From NCBI GenBank assembly GCA_031835245.2, contig JAVKOQ020000023.1, positions 186,001-250,000 of the forward strand: a stretch of 64,000 bases of DNA, read 5' to 3'. This document shows, piece after piece, positions 41,026-54,476 of the stretch. This DNA comes from Balamuthia mandrillaris (lineage: Eukaryota). How positions within the stretch are numbered: the first letter of the stretch is position 1; each line of letters begins with the position of its first letter. Position numbers and translations under genes: made by a program. The notes below the pieces were generated by a model. That model was not told where the DNA came from and did not search any database. It saw only the letters and a program-made list of their open reading frames with translations.

Positions 41026-42138
41026 TTTGTTTTGATCTTTTTTTTTAAGAGTTCGTTCCTTCTCTTTCCGGTGACGCACTGGCAAAAGACGGCCTTTGGG
41101 ACTTCCTTCTTGCGACTGAGGTTAATAGGGAAAAGGGGGAGAGAGAAGCGGGGAGAACAGAAAGGAAAGAGATACTGCGGACTGCGAGCTGGCACTTTCG
41201 GAGATTCGGAGGTAGAACGAACCCACTATCCAAGCAAAGAAATTTCGTACACTACCCGAAATTTAGATCACAAGATTGGATCGAGACCTAAATAAGGAGA
41301 AGAATTCTTTGGTGTGCCACTGTGCCATACGGGCATTGCCACTGTTATCTTTTGGCAACAATCACGTGAGAAAGCTATCCTTTTCTTTTTCTTTTTCTTT
41401 TTTCTTTCTTTTTTTTTCAGACGTTTTGTTGCAAAAGGTTATAACAACAACACGAAACAGCTCACCGAAGCAAAAAAAAAAAAAAAAAAAAAAATAGAAA
41501 AAACAGTTTGTTCTGTATCCTCTCCAGAAAGGTGAAACGAAAGATAGGCAGAAGGAAGAAGGCAAAACCCCAAGAAAGGAACCGAAAAAACGTCAGGTTG
41601 GTTGTTTCCCACTTCTCTTTCATTCTTTCTCTCCGCAAATTTCTTTTGTTTCTCGTTTTTCGGGGACCGTTTCCTAAAGAAAAGACACCTTTTTTTAAAA
41701 CCTTCTCTCTCTCTCCTTGTTGAACGAATGTCAAAACTGTAAACAAAACAAAACAAAACAAAAAAAAAACGAACAAACAAACACAGAAATCAGAAAACAT
41801 ACGAACAAAGAGGGAGGAGAGAAGCTCGCTATATTGTTTTGATGGAAGACCCAGGAAAGCCGACGGCGGAGCAAAGAACTGACGACAGCAAGGCAAGAAT
41901 ACATCATAAGCCTTACTCTCCCTCCGAGTTTGCCCAAGTTCTTTAAAGAACTGGTTTTTTTTTTCTTTTTTTTCCTCTCTTATTATTATTTTTTGTTCGT
42001 GTGTGTGTGTGTGTGGTTTTCTTTGTTTTGTTCTCTTTGTTTTGTGATTCTTTTGCCTTGGAGCCAGCCACCAAAAAGACGTTGCAAAAATAACACGAGC
42101 AACAACAAAAAAACAAACCATAAACAAAGACGACGAAC

Positions 42139-44773
42139 ATGCTGTCAGGTCTCACCGCCACGACAACTTTGACGTACGACGCTTGCTCTCGACGGGCGGA
42201 AGGCGAGCCATCACCCTTAGAACCCCCCACGTTTGAACAAGAACGAGAACAACCGCAACCTGCGAGGCAATGCAGCAACAGCAACAACAACAACATGGCG
42301 GTTCAAGATGGGCTGGTGGCCGTTCGTTTTCGCATACGGGCGGAGGCGGTGGTGCAGCCCACCCGGTCCAATGGCCGCATCTTTCTTTGCGGCAACTGCG
42401 AGCAGCTGGGCAACTGGGACCCTCGTCAGGCCGTTCCGCTCTCCTTCCATCCCTCCAACGAGGACAGGTGCGGGGTTTTTCCCTTCCTTTTGCCTTTTCT
42501 TTTTCTTCTGAAATGCTATCTCTTATCCTCTCTCATGTCCTTTTCCTTCGCTCCTATCCTCTCTCATATCCTTGCTCATGTCTTCTCTCCCATCCTTGCT
42601 CTTCTCTTCTCTCCTGTCTTGGATCCTGTCTTCTCTCATGTCTTCTCTCTATCTCCTGTCCTCGCTCATGTCTTCTTTCCTCTCTCCTTGGTCCCAACAA
42701 TAACGCCCAAACCATGCCACAGCTATTGGATGGCGGAAATAAAGCTGCCGAGAGACGTTCTGGTGGAATACAAATACTGTGTCAAGGAAGACAAGAGGGT
42801 GCGCTGTTGGGAAAGTCTGGACAAGAACATGAATCGCAGCGTTCTGCCTGTCGGTGCTTCCGAGCTGAACGTCGATGATGGTTCCTTTGGCACCAAGACA
42901 GAGCACAAGGTGTTTATCGACCGCGGATGGATGGTCGAAGGATTCAAGGTTCGTTGCTTTGTTTGTTTTTCATAGTTTACTTTCATCTTTCGTTTCTTTT
43001 ATGTGACACTATTACAAAACAGTTGAATATATGGACGAAAGTGAACCACAATGACCCCGTCCAGTTACACGATCCAGAACCTCATTCCATCAAGGTGATT
43101 CCTACAAAGGTTTGGTTCTTCTTCTTTGTTTAACCAGATGGTCTTTCAGAGTGACGAAACATCTCATTATATTGATACTATAGCCACATGCAAGCAAGGT
43201 GAAGCAATCAAGGCATCAACAAGACAGGTACATCATCTACGCGCACAACTTGGATGACCTGTCCTTCGAGGTGGAGATTTGGTCGTCAGAGCAAACGAGC
43301 GATGGCGAGGCCCGTTTGTTGGGAAAGGCGGCTGTGTTGGCCAACAAGTTCTCCAAGTCTTGTTGTGGATCTGTTACTAGACCGATAATGAATCGAAGTA
43401 TGTTCCATTCTATTATTTGTTTGTTTACTTTCAGCACATTTTCTTTTCTCACATATATGTTGTTAAGATTTGAGTTCGATTGGCACGTTCACATGCAGGT
43501 TCCTGCTGATCACTCCGTTCTTACATCCAAAGAACGATTTGTCAATGGCCACTCGTTCTAGTTTCTGTGAGTCTTTCTTTCCGTTATTTATTGATATCCT
43601 CTTTGCTCATTCTTGTGGTGCTATATTACCTCAATACAGCCCCAGCGTCCGTGTTACACATAGGTCATAGAGGAAGCGGAGCCAACAGGCACAGCGAAAA
43701 GGAACCAACATTCAGCGACAGCAGCGACGATGAAGATGATGACTACTATGACGACTACGAAGACGACGGCAGCTTTTGTAACCCTTTCACCACCGGCAGC
43801 AGCCATTCTTGTTCCTCTTCGGACAGCGATGAAAGCGGAACATCTTCTCCACGACTCTCTTTTTCATCAACTTCCGAAATGGAGGAAAGCACTCCCCCAA
43901 AGGGGAAAGGAGGGTACACCATCCACACCAAAACTTCAACGCCCATCAACGTTCCTCCCCAAAGAGGATCCTACACGCATCAAAAAGCTCTGCTCTCGGC
44001 ATCCGTCGAACACGAACGCGAGCGCAGAAAGATAACCTCCGAGCGCAGCATCAAAAGCTCCTCCTCCGCTTCCTTGCTCTCCAAATGGCCCATCGCAGAG
44101 AACACTCTGCTCAGCTTTGAGGCGGCCACCAAGATGGGGGCTGACTATGTGGAGTTTGATGTGCAGCTCACCAAAGACTCGGTCCCGGTCATCGTTCACG
44201 ACCATCTGGTTCGCGTGCCGACCGATACCAGACATGGAGAACAGACTTATGTTAAGCTACCAGTCAACAAACTCACGTTGCGCAAGTTTCAACAACTTCG
44301 ACGCTTTGTTCCGTGCGTTCTTCTTCCATTACTATTGTTTGTTTTTTCTCCTGCTTTATAGCTTATCCCATTGTGTTCTTTGCAGGCAAGGGCCAAACTA
44401 CAGCGAGATCATAAGACGCACGATACCAGCAGAAACCCGACATGCCCCTGGCTTGAAGAGGACTCTTAGCTTTGGAGACCTTAATCATAGCTACAGCAAG
44501 AAGAGTCAACCCCTCGAATTGTCCGATGCTTACACCACTCTTGCTGAGGTTAGTTTCTTCTATTTTCTCTCATTTCTTCTTCCTTCTGAGCGAGCATCTG
44601 CTTCTTCTTCTTCTTCTAAGACCTTTTTCTTTCCGCCCATAAAAATATAGACCTTTCAAAAGATACCGGAACACGTTGGCTTCGATGTGGAGATCAAGTA
44701 CCCAAGCACCCGCGCCCTCGAAAAGGAATACGACTATCCGGATCGCAACCACGTCGTGGATGCCATTCTCAAA

Positions 44774-44824
<51 letters not shown>

Positions 44825-45382
44825 TGCATTCTCTCTTTTAACACAAAAACAAAAAAAAAGGTTATATTCGAACATGGAGGCAAACGCCCGGTGTTCATTT
44901 CCTCCTTCGATCCTGACATTTGTATGATGTGCAGCCTTAAGCAACCGCGTTATCCTGTCTTCTTCCTGACCGACGGGGGAACCGCTCTCTACGAAGACAT
45001 CAGAAGGAACAGCCTTACGCAAGCTCTCGCGCTAGCTAAGCAAGGTTGGTCTCATTCCCCTCTTCTTCTTCTTCCCCCTCTGTCATTCTTTTTTTAATCT
45101 CACACCACAACAGCAAAACTGAGGGGCATAGTAACGGAGGCTGAAGCTGTTCTGAAGGACTTGTCGTTCGTGCAAAAGGCGCACGACCAAGGGTTGCTTC
45201 TCTTCACTTTTGGCGATCGCAAGTAACGTCTTTCTCTCTCTCTCTCTCTCTCTCTGTGCTTTCTTCTTTGAGTATTAACGAAAGTTGGTAGCAATCAGAA
45301 GGAAGCGGTGGACCTGCAGAAAGCAGCTGGCGTGGACGCCATCGTCTCTGACTCGCTTCTTCACATCACCAAACGGATGTGA
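42139..45382 (+). CDS. GPCPD1: Glycerophosphocholine phosphodiesterase (CBM20 + GDPD; GDE5-like); start may be 42296
   Basis: CBM20 (GNCEQLGNWDP..A.PL, VEYKY), IGHRGSG, ENTLLSF, VEFDVQLTKD.VPV..HD, EIKYP, SSFDPD.C. Confidence 0.88.
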
Positions 45383-45569
45383 ACGAACGACTTCTCCCCT
45401 TCCCTATCTCTGTCTCTTTACTCGAAATTGTACATATGTAAGGAAGTGTTTCTCTATTCTTCCGTCGTCCGGCTGGAAAAGAGAAAAAGGAACTTCTCAC
45501 AAAGGTAACGAAGAAAGTGTTTGTTTGTTGCCAACCTTTGGGTTTTTTTTTGAAAGGAGAACAACAACT

Positions 45570-46786
45570 TTATGCCAAAGATGGAAGCTGTGCAAAGTAG
45601 GCTAAAGCTTGTTCCACTTGTGCCTTTGCCACTCCGTAGCTCGGATGGATCTCATTCTTTATGTTCAGTGAGGTAGAAAAATACGAATCAGCAAAAGAAA
45701 GAGAGCAGAAAGTCGTCTTGAAAAAAAAAAAAAAAACGAACCAGTAAGTTGGAGGGATCACTGCCAACGACAGTAGAGCTGTAAGTGTAATAAGACGGGT
45801 TGTGCTGAGCAATCGACAGACCATTCAGAGAGTAACATGTGTGATAATAGTCCCTTGACCTGTTTTTTTGAAAGGGAGGGGAGGATTGGTACAGCATAAA
45901 AGAGAAATAAGAAAGAAGGAGCGAAGCAACAAAAAGAAATAAACGAGGAGGAAGACGAACTTTCCAGGCTTATCTCGTAAGCCACCAGCAGACTTCTCTT
46001 CTTGAGCACACAGCAGAATGTAGTCCTGAAGGGCTCTCTGATCAAAGAGCCATCCGCCCACATTCTCCTTTTCGGATTGAACGTACTGCTCCGCTTTCTT
46101 CATGATCTCCAACATTCCAGACCCCATCTTTGCTTTAATTGCCTCTTCTTCTTCGTCCGAATTGATTTCTTCGATCTTGCTACCTTCTTCTATTTGCTTG
46201 TCTGTTTGTCCTGATGATGATGAGGAAGAAGATATCCGTTGTTGCACGTCACCGACGCCCAATGCAGCTTCGACCTGAGGAAAGATGGCTGCCTGCCAAA
46301 ACGAATAACATGAGTCCACAAGTTTGTTCGTTCTTCCTTGAAAGCCTCCTTCTAGTCGCATTTGTCTCTCTATTACCCATTGCTATGCAGCACAATTGAG
46401 ATAAGAACGAAGAAGGAGTACAAAGAAGAGAATAGAGTCGAGAGCAGAGCAGAGCGCAGAGCACAGGGGATCAGGGAGAAGCGTACAAGAAGAGCATTAA
46501 GGTCGATTGTGTGAAGGAGGTTCAAAATGGAAAGAGCAGAGACACCACAGTATGCGTAGCCGCCATGAGCTTCATTGCCTGGGCATCCACCAATTCCACC
46601 TTCATATGTTTGACACCTTGATATATGTTAAATTACATAACAGGGAAGAAGGAGAACAACGAAGAACAAGAAAAAGAGAAACAAACCGTTTAATGTACTC
46701 TGCAGTACCTTGAATGAGATCCGGCGTTAATATGTTGAGCACTGAGGCCACAACTATGGCACAATACGTTCCCCTTATATTCAAAT

Positions 46787-46828
<42 letters not shown>

Positions 46829-47713
46829 GGGATAAAATATAAGGAAAAATGGAAATAAATGAAGAAGAAGAAGAACAAGAAGAGAAGGTTCTACCTAACA
46901 TCACTCTCTCCATCAACATGCATTTGAAAGCCACCATCAGACAGCTTCATCTCTCTCAGGAATCGTAACATGGCTTGCCTGTCGACGAGGTCGTAGGCTT
47001 CCTTCGTGCCGACCGTCATCAACGCGCATATGGTAGCGTATGTGGGCGCCAAGTGAGGCAGTTGTCCTGGCCCACCAGCAAAACCTCCGCTCCTCGCTTG
47101 ACACCGTCCCAAAAAGTCGACCAGTCTTTTTTTTCACAATGTATTTAGAATGGTAGCAACTTCCAGGGCGAATGCTTCGAGCGAAGAGACAACAAAGAAA
47201 CGACAAGAAAAGAAAGAGGCAACAAAGAAACGACAAGAAAGAAGAACAAACCTAGGTGCAACGTTTTCAGGAAGAGCATGAAGAAGGTTCAAAGAGTTCA
47301 CGATCCAGTAGCACAGCCATGGGCGGCTGGCATCCAGCGAGGCGTAACTGTTGCTGAGCTGGTCGAGTCCTTTCAACAAATATTTTATGTGTTTCTCAGC
47401 GTTTAACTTTATGCTTTTTTTTTTGGAGAAAAAAGGATTAGGATCCACTCAGAACGTGAAACAAAAGATGAAGAAGACTTTACCTGAAACGATATTCTGG
47501 GTGGAGTCGATAGGTTCGAGTCAGATTGAGCACCGCTCTCTCGACGGTGCGTTGCTCCAGGGAGGTGTGCGTAATGTCTCCCTCGTGGTCCGTCAGGAGG
47601 GGGTCTATGGAACGGTCCATCGGTCCACCGGTCTCGGAGGCATCGCTGCCCACGCCAAAGAAATCCTTTTTCTTGGTGTTCTTCACCTTGCTCTGCCCGC
47701 TGGCTCTCTTCAT
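45570..47713 (-). CDS. FNTB: Protein farnesyltransferase subunit beta
   Basis: LDASRPWLCYW, GGFAGGPGQLPHLAPTYA, GESDVRGTYCA, EGGFQGRTNKLVDSCYSFWQ, GGLRDKPGK, DYYHTCYSLNGLS. Confidence 0.93.
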
Positions 47714-47910
47714 CACTTTTTTGTCTTTTCTTTCGGTGATTTTCTCATGTCGACGCGTAAAATGTTTCGTGACGACATGAACTATTGGCAACAACTCATC
47801 ACGACGACACGAATTTATTGTCTTCTCTCCTCTCTCCTCTCTCCTCTCCTCTCTCCTCTCTTCTCTCTTCTCTCTTCTCTCTTCTCTCTTCTCTCTTCTC
47901 TCTTCTCTCT

Positions 47911-49538
47911 TCAGTGAGCGGCTGCCTCTTCTCCTCTCTTCTCTCCGTCCTCCTCGCCGTCGCTGTCCTCCACCGCATCAAAGCCCATCAGCAAGGGATC
48001 GCTGTCGGTGGTGGGGAAGAGGTACTGCGGGTTCTGCCAGAACTCGGCCTCCCTCTTCACCCCAAAGTGGCCCTCCTCCTTCATGTGCTGCAGGAGAGCG
48101 GGGAGAGCTCGGAAGCGCTCGTCGCAGTGGGTGCAGGCCTTCTCCTCCACTTTTCTTCGGATGTAGTTAAACATCTTGACGCAAGAGTAAAAGTCCAACT
48201 CTGGTGTTATGTTTTTGGTGTGTTAGTGATTTGGTTTGGAAAAGAAAGAAGAATGGGGAGAAGAGAAAAAAAAACGAACCCCATTCTTGCCTCAGTTTAG
48301 AAAAGTCAAAACCATGAGTGCTGAGGGCATGGCTCAAGCAGTCCTGTGGAGAGGGAAGCAGCTCCGCGCAGAACAGACATTTGGTTTCTTGGTTCACTTC
48401 TTCATTCCAATCATCCCAGCTTTTTTGGTTTTTCAAGAAAAGATAAACGATTAGTAACTACGATAGGGAGAAAGAGAGAAGAGGAGAAGGGAAAAAACAA
48501 ACTTTTCTTCATCGTCATCACTGGAGCTATCATTAGTATCAACTTCCTTCTCCAACATCTCCCAATTTTTGCCTGGCTCCTATAAATATCGCCATTGTTA
48601 AACAAAACATAAACACTAAAATGAGAGAGAAAGAGAGAGAGAAAAGTAATACCAAGTAATTGACCATGTAAAAGCGGTCGTAGAAGCGATGCTTGGCATT
48701 GATCTTGAAGTGCTTCTTCTTTCGCATGTGCTTCTTCAAAACCGCATGGTTCTTAAAGGTGCGCTCGCAGTAAATACACTTCAAACTTGAAAATGAATAA
48801 CGTAAGTACCAAAAGAATGCACAAAACAAAAGCAAAAATTAGAAAATTGATAAGAGAGAGAGAGAGAGAGAGAAAGAGGAACAAGATGGACATGGAAACG
48901 AAAGTACTTGTTGATTTTGTCCTGAAGTGTATCGAGGAGGTCCTTGATGCAAACCAAGTTATCGGGGCGACCGATATTGAAGTGATGCTCAATGAACATA
49001 TGCGAGAAGAGAATGTGTCGATCTCCGCTGAAGTGCTTTGTGCAAAATAGGCATTTGCGTGAGAAGGACTTGTCATGACGCTCCTCTTGTTGCTTTTCAA
49101 TGAGCTTTGCCTAATATTTGTTCTTGTGGTTAGCAAACTTCCTCTCTTTCACTCTTTCTCTCGCTTTCGGTCTCTCTTTCGCTTCTGAGTGGGTGAACGA
49201 ACCAATCGCTCTTGCTGGAGCTTTAAACGCAGTTCCTTGTCTTCGGGGAGAACGTCGCCCAATAAATAATATCCTTCCAATGGAGCTGTTTTTGTGGCAG
49301 TATGAATAGGAAAGAAGACGAAAGAACAAGAAAAAAACACAGAAAAAAGAACAAAGAGCGAAGAGAGGAAAAAAGTACAGTGAGGAGTGGCTTGCGTGTG
49401 GATGGTGGAAGTGTAGTTTCTGATGTCTTCGTTTCTCAGCTTGTCTTTCCAATAGTCCAAATACCTTTTTTTTTGTTCCATACATCAACAAAACGTAAAA
49501 CCGAAGGAGAAAAAGAAAGAAAGAAAGAAACGACAAAA

Positions 49539-49630
<92 letters not shown>

Positions 49631-50429
49631 AACGGCAAGAAAGAAAGAAACGACAAGAAAGAAAGAAAGAAAGGACAAGAAAGAAAGAAAGAAAGAAAGA
49701 AAGGACAAGAAAGAAAGAAAGAAAGAAAGGACAAGAAAGAAAGAAACGACAGGAAAGAAACGACAAGAAAGAGACGACAAGAAAGACAGAAAGAAGAAGA
49801 GGAGGGGAGGGGATGAAGAAAGGACAAAACTTGGAAAGATCGGCAATGTGGGGAGCGTCGGAGATGATAAAGTGGTGCACCATGGCCATGTGGTGCAGCG
49901 CCACTTGGGAGGAGGTGAAGCTCTGCTCGCAGAGGGCACAGGCAAAGCTCGGCAGCTCTTGCAGCTGCAGCAGCGCCATCTCTAAGCAAAGAAAAAAAAA
50001 CAAAGTGAGTTGAGAGAGAGAGAGAGAGAGAAGAAGAAGAAGAAGAAGAGACGGACCGGAAGCAGCGACAGCGGGAGAGACGGGAGGAGGGGGCACGCCC
50101 TCGTCGTCCTCGTCGTCCTCGTCATTCTCGTCGCTGTAGTCCTCCTCGCTGTCCAGCGGGTCCTTCTTGCTGTGGTGGTGGTGCCTCCTATGCTGCTGCC
50201 TCCTTTTCACGTCGCTCTCTTCGTGGTTGCTGTTGGCCTTGCGACTGCTACGGCGAGGTCCCCTTCCCCCGCCGCTGTTGTTGCTGGCTCCGCCTCTTCG
50301 GCTCACATTGTTATTGATCTTGTTGTTGTGGTTACGGGTAACACCGTGGGAGGAGGAGCTGGCAGCTCCGACGGAGGGAGTTCGCTCTCTTGGTTGTTGT
50401 TGTTGCACAGCGGAAGTGGCACTCTCCAT
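47911..50429 (-). CDS. ZNF277: C2H2 zinc finger protein 277-like
   Basis: CALC..HMAMVH.F.ISD..IADL..YL.YW, YYLL..LPEDKELR, HHFNIGRPDNLV, CIYCERTFK..LKKHMRKKKH..YDRFYM.NY, YLFPT...DPLL. Confidence 0.85.
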
Positions 50430-51056
50430 CTCGCTCGTGATTGATTTTTATTTTTTTTTTCAGGGGTCCCCAGACTCTTCTCTGCTCTCTCACTCTTGTC
50501 TTTTTCTTTCTTCTTTCTTGGATTTTTTTGAAGCAGAGGGGGATTATCGTTAACCAAAGAGGATGGTGCGGGCTTAGACAAGGCGTGAATTTGTCCAATA
50601 TCGGGATAGGGTAAACATCTAGACACTTTTTGTGCGGAGAGGAGTTACATCCTATTGGTAAATCGATTATTGATGAATTCCCAACAATTGTCGAAATGTA
50701 GCGGATTATTATGGACATCTTAATTGTTGTTTCTTTTGTGCGGACAGAAAACGCAACGAAAAGTGGTCACACAGTTTCAGCGACCCCGCAACGGAGTTTT
50801 CGCTTTTCTCCGCTTGCTCTACAAGGAAAAATCCTGACGTGGCGACGGAAATTTCATGAAAGTAACCGTTACAAACCCAAAGAAAGAAACCGCTACCAAA
50901 AAACCCAGGTCGGTGGAAATTCTGGCGCTTCATCCAACATTTTCCCAAGAAAAAAATATCGTCGACAAACAAAACCAAACGTTGAAACTCTAGAAAAATG
51001 ATCATCTTTTCACTATCACGCTACACACAGCATCTTGACCAAAAGGCCGGTGACCC

Positions 51057-52709
51057 ATGGCACACCCCGGAGCGCAGCCCACCGCACCATCGATGATGGA
51101 AGAGGGCGAGGCAGCCGCTGATCTTCCCCCTCCTCTCGTTTGGGACACGCCGCCGCCCTCATCCTCTTCCGCCACCGCCACCGTCAAACCGGACAAAGGC
51201 AAAGAGAAAGAAGGCGAAGACAACAACGACAAAGAAAACCGGCAAGCAAACGGTGCCACCACTGCCACCACCTCGACCACCAGTTCCGCTGCGCTGCCGT
51301 CGACGGGTCCTCCTCCGCCGGACTGTGGCATCTGCTTCGACCCCATCAAGGACCAAGGCGAGCTCAACTCCTGCGCCCACCCCTTTTGCTTCGACTGCAT
51401 CTCCCGCTGGAGCAAGAGCTCCAACACGTGCCCTCTCTGCAAGGCTCGCTTCACCCGCCTGACCCGCAGGTCCTTGGCCTCGCCGTCCTCCGCCACACGA
51501 AAACGCAGTCGACAAAAAACGTCCCCCACTCGACCACAGCAACACATCCGCGTGAGGAAGAAGGACCTTCGGCTGACTGCTCGCGACATGCAGTTTTACT
51601 ATGGGGAGGAAGAAGAGGACGATGGTGAAGAAGAAGCGGAGTACTATGATGACGGTGAGGAGGGTCTCGATGAAGAGGAGGTGTTGGAGGAATTGGCTCG
51701 TTTGAGGGAGTTCATCGTGGACTTTGAGGAAGATGATGGCAGCTATGACTCGGAGGAAGATCGTGACTATCGACCTCCTGCTTCTGCTGTTGTGTTGCTC
51801 GACTCGGATGAAGAAGAGGATGATTGTTATGTGGTAGGCGAAGATGAAGAGGAGGCATTGGAGTTGAACTCGGAAGAAGAGGATGACCAGTTGAATCTTG
51901 CCATTCAGCTTTCTTTGCTGCCTTCATCATCTTCATCATCGACGTCATCTTCTTCGACGGTAATCGATCTGACGGACTCTCCTGTTGTTGTCGCACCAAC
52001 GAACAGACGACGCAGAAGTATCACCAGCAGAAGAAGAAGGACAGCGACAGTGGAAGAACGAAGGACAACAAGAAGCAGAGCTTCACGAACAGCATCTTCT
52101 TCTTCCTCGGCTTCGACCTCCAGAAGCACCACAACAACAGCAAGACGGCCAAGACAGCGGAGAAGGCTGGAAGCAGGAGCTTCGTCTTCTTTGTCGACAC
52201 AACGTAGACGACGAAGAGCTGCAACTCAACAAACACAAGAGGAAGATCGTGATTACGTTCCTGGAAGAGCGCCACGAAGGAATCAAGGAGAAGAAGAACA
52301 ACCCCAAGAAGAACAAGTAGAGGCGCTGTCTCGACCTTTCACTCGTGCGCAAGCCCGAGCTGCTGCTTCATCGAATGGTTCATCGACGACAACAGCAACA
52401 TCCCGAAGAACCACTCGGACAAGGCAAGCCAGAAGTGGCAGACAGTCGCGTCAACAAAGACGACGAGCGTTGGCGACTTTAGCTCCTCCTTCTCCCCCCT
52501 CTTCTGAAGCTTGGGCTCCGTTCGTCTTCCCACCCGAACAAAGCGAGGAGGAGGACGACAAAGAGCAACCCCTGCTGTTGGATAGAGGGCATCAACAGTG
52601 GGTGGCCGACATGTATCAGTCCTTGGTGGCGTGGGAGAGCAGCATGCTCCGCGGTGGCCAGGAAGAGGAGGACTTGTCTTGGCTGGAGCAAAGCGCGTTT
52701 GCTTATTAA
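51057..52709 (+). CDS. Intronless C3HC4 RING E3 ligase with acidic, SIM/UIM-like and Arg/Ser/Thr-rich regions
   Basis: CGICFD..CAHPFCFDCISRW..NTCPLCK. Confidence 0.85.
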   Translation: MAHPGAQPTAPSMMEEGEAAADLPPPLVWDTPPPSSSSATATVKPDKGKEKEGEDNNDKENRQANGATTATTSTTSSAALPSTGPPPPDCGICFDPIKDQGELNSCAHPFCFDCISRWSKSSNTCPLCKARFTRLTRRSLASPSSATRKRSRQKTSPTRPQQHIRVRKKDLRLTARDMQFYYGEEEEDDGEEEAEYYDDGEEGLDEEEVLEELARLREFIVDFEEDDGSYDSEEDRDYRPPASAVVLLDSDEEEDDCYVVGEDEEEALELNSEEEDDQLNLAIQLSLLPSSSSSSTSSSSTVIDLTDSPVVVAPTNRRRRSITSRRRRTATVEERRTTRSRASRTASSSSSASTSRSTTTTARRPRQRRRLEAGASSSLSTQRRRRRAATQQTQEEDRDYVPGRAPRRNQGEEEQPQEEQVEALSRPFTRAQARAAASSNGSSTTTATSRRTTRTRQARSGRQSRQQRRRALATLAPPSPPSSEAWAPFVFPPEQSEEEDDKEQPLLLDRGHQQWVADMYQSLVAWESSMLRGGQEEEDLSWLEQSAFAY

Positions 52710-52784
52710 GGGGATAGTGTATGTAACGACGAACAGAAAGTAACAAAAAGCAAAAATAAAAACTTTACAAAAGAAGAACCTTTT

Positions 52785-53256
52785 TCAAGATGAAGGGCCA
52801 CCGCCTCCTCCTCCGCAGCAACCGCCTCCGCCCGTCCCTCCTCCTTCCTGCTGCGGCGATCGCAGCCTCCTCATCGAGTCTCCGCTGTACGATCCAAAAA
52901 GGCTGTCCCTCCCTCCCAAGCCAAAACTTCCTCCTCCGCCAAAGCCCCCTCCCCCATTTGCGCTTGTTTCCGGACTGTCCAGAGGCATTGACATCCGTTT
53001 CTCGTTGAGGCGGTGGGCCAGTTGCGTGAAGACCTCCTCCACTCCCTCCCCTGTCTTGGCGGAGGTCTCGATGTAGGCCAATGCGCCGATGGACTTGGCG
53101 AAGCTCTCTGCCTTGTTTCTGGGCACGTTTCTGTACTTTTCGAGATCGTATTTGTTGCCGACTACTATTTTGACGATGTCTTCCGATAGGTTTATGTGTA
53201 GTTCTGTATGGTTTTTGTGTTTGTAAGAAAAAAAAAACAAAAACAAAACGGAAAAC

Positions 53257-53287
<31 letters not shown>

Positions 53288-54331
53288 TAAGAATGAAAGA
53301 AAGCAAACGAGCACAAGAAATGGAACAGAGAGGAGAAAAATAGAAGTAGAAATGGAGAATCGGAGAAAGAGAGAAAGCAAAGAGGAAATGAAAAATACCT
53401 TCAACCCATTCACACATTTTCCGATATGATTCCTCTCGAGTGATGTCGTAAACAAGCACAGCAGCACAAGCTCCTCTGTAATACATCGGCGCAAGCGACC
53501 GGAACCTACAGCTTATTGTTAGTTTCATTCCCTTTCTCTTCTCCCTCGCTCTCCTTTCTTCCTTCTGCTCGTCTTTTCTCTAATGCTTTCTTTCATCTGC
53601 TCGCGTTCTTCTCTTCTGATATTCCTCTTTGTGTCATCGCCCAGCTCTCTTTGCCTCTTCGCATTCTTCATCCTCTTTGTCCATTGTTCTGTTTGTTGAG
53701 TATTGAGCAAACCTTTCTTGGCCAGCGGTATCCTGTAGCAGTATTTATGTTTGTTAGATCATTTTATATACGTATAACAGGGAAGGGGCATACCCATATC
53801 CTCAGTTTGATTTTACAGTCCTCTATAAGCCTGTACGATAGCCATACCGATACAGTGAGCAGAGGAGAGAGCAGGGAGCAGAGAGAGAATGAGAGAATGA
53901 GTAAGAGAAACACGGGGAGAGCATTTGAGAATGCGAATAGAAAACAGAGAAGAGAGCAGAGAGAAGAGAGAACGGCGGAGAGATACGAGAGGAGGCATAA
54001 GCAGAGAACAAGCAAAAGAAGCAAAGAGCAGAGAGAGAGAGAGAGAGAGAGAAAGAGATCAAGCAGAGCAACCGAAAAAGCAAGGCGGGGAAAAGGGAGT
54101 AGGAAAGAGAGGACAGAAACAAAAAAAAAAGAGGAAGTGTGATACGTACAAGACTTTGGTAAGAAAGGCAGCCCCCACGGTGGGGGCCGTGCGCGAGGAG
54201 AAGGAGTCCTGCACAAAGCGAAGGGCCAAAGAGGTTTTGCCCACCCCGGTGTCGCCCAGCAGCACGATCTTGGCGTCCACGCTGGCCACCTTTCCCGCCG
54301 AAACAGCATCGCTGTCGCCACTGTCGCTCAT
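52785..54331 (-). CDS. Rab5/Rab22-family small GTPase (multi-exon, includes a 20-nt exon)
   Basis: [44 protein letters not shown], ETSAK. Confidence 0.9.
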
Positions 54332-54444
54332 CTCTTTTGCGTTATTTTATTTTTGGTCCTCGATTGATTCTGCTGATGAAAAAAAAAACCCCACATAAAA
54401 GATCATATGATTAACAAACAACAAAGACAAGGTCAAAAACAAAG

Positions 54445-54476
<32 letters not shown>

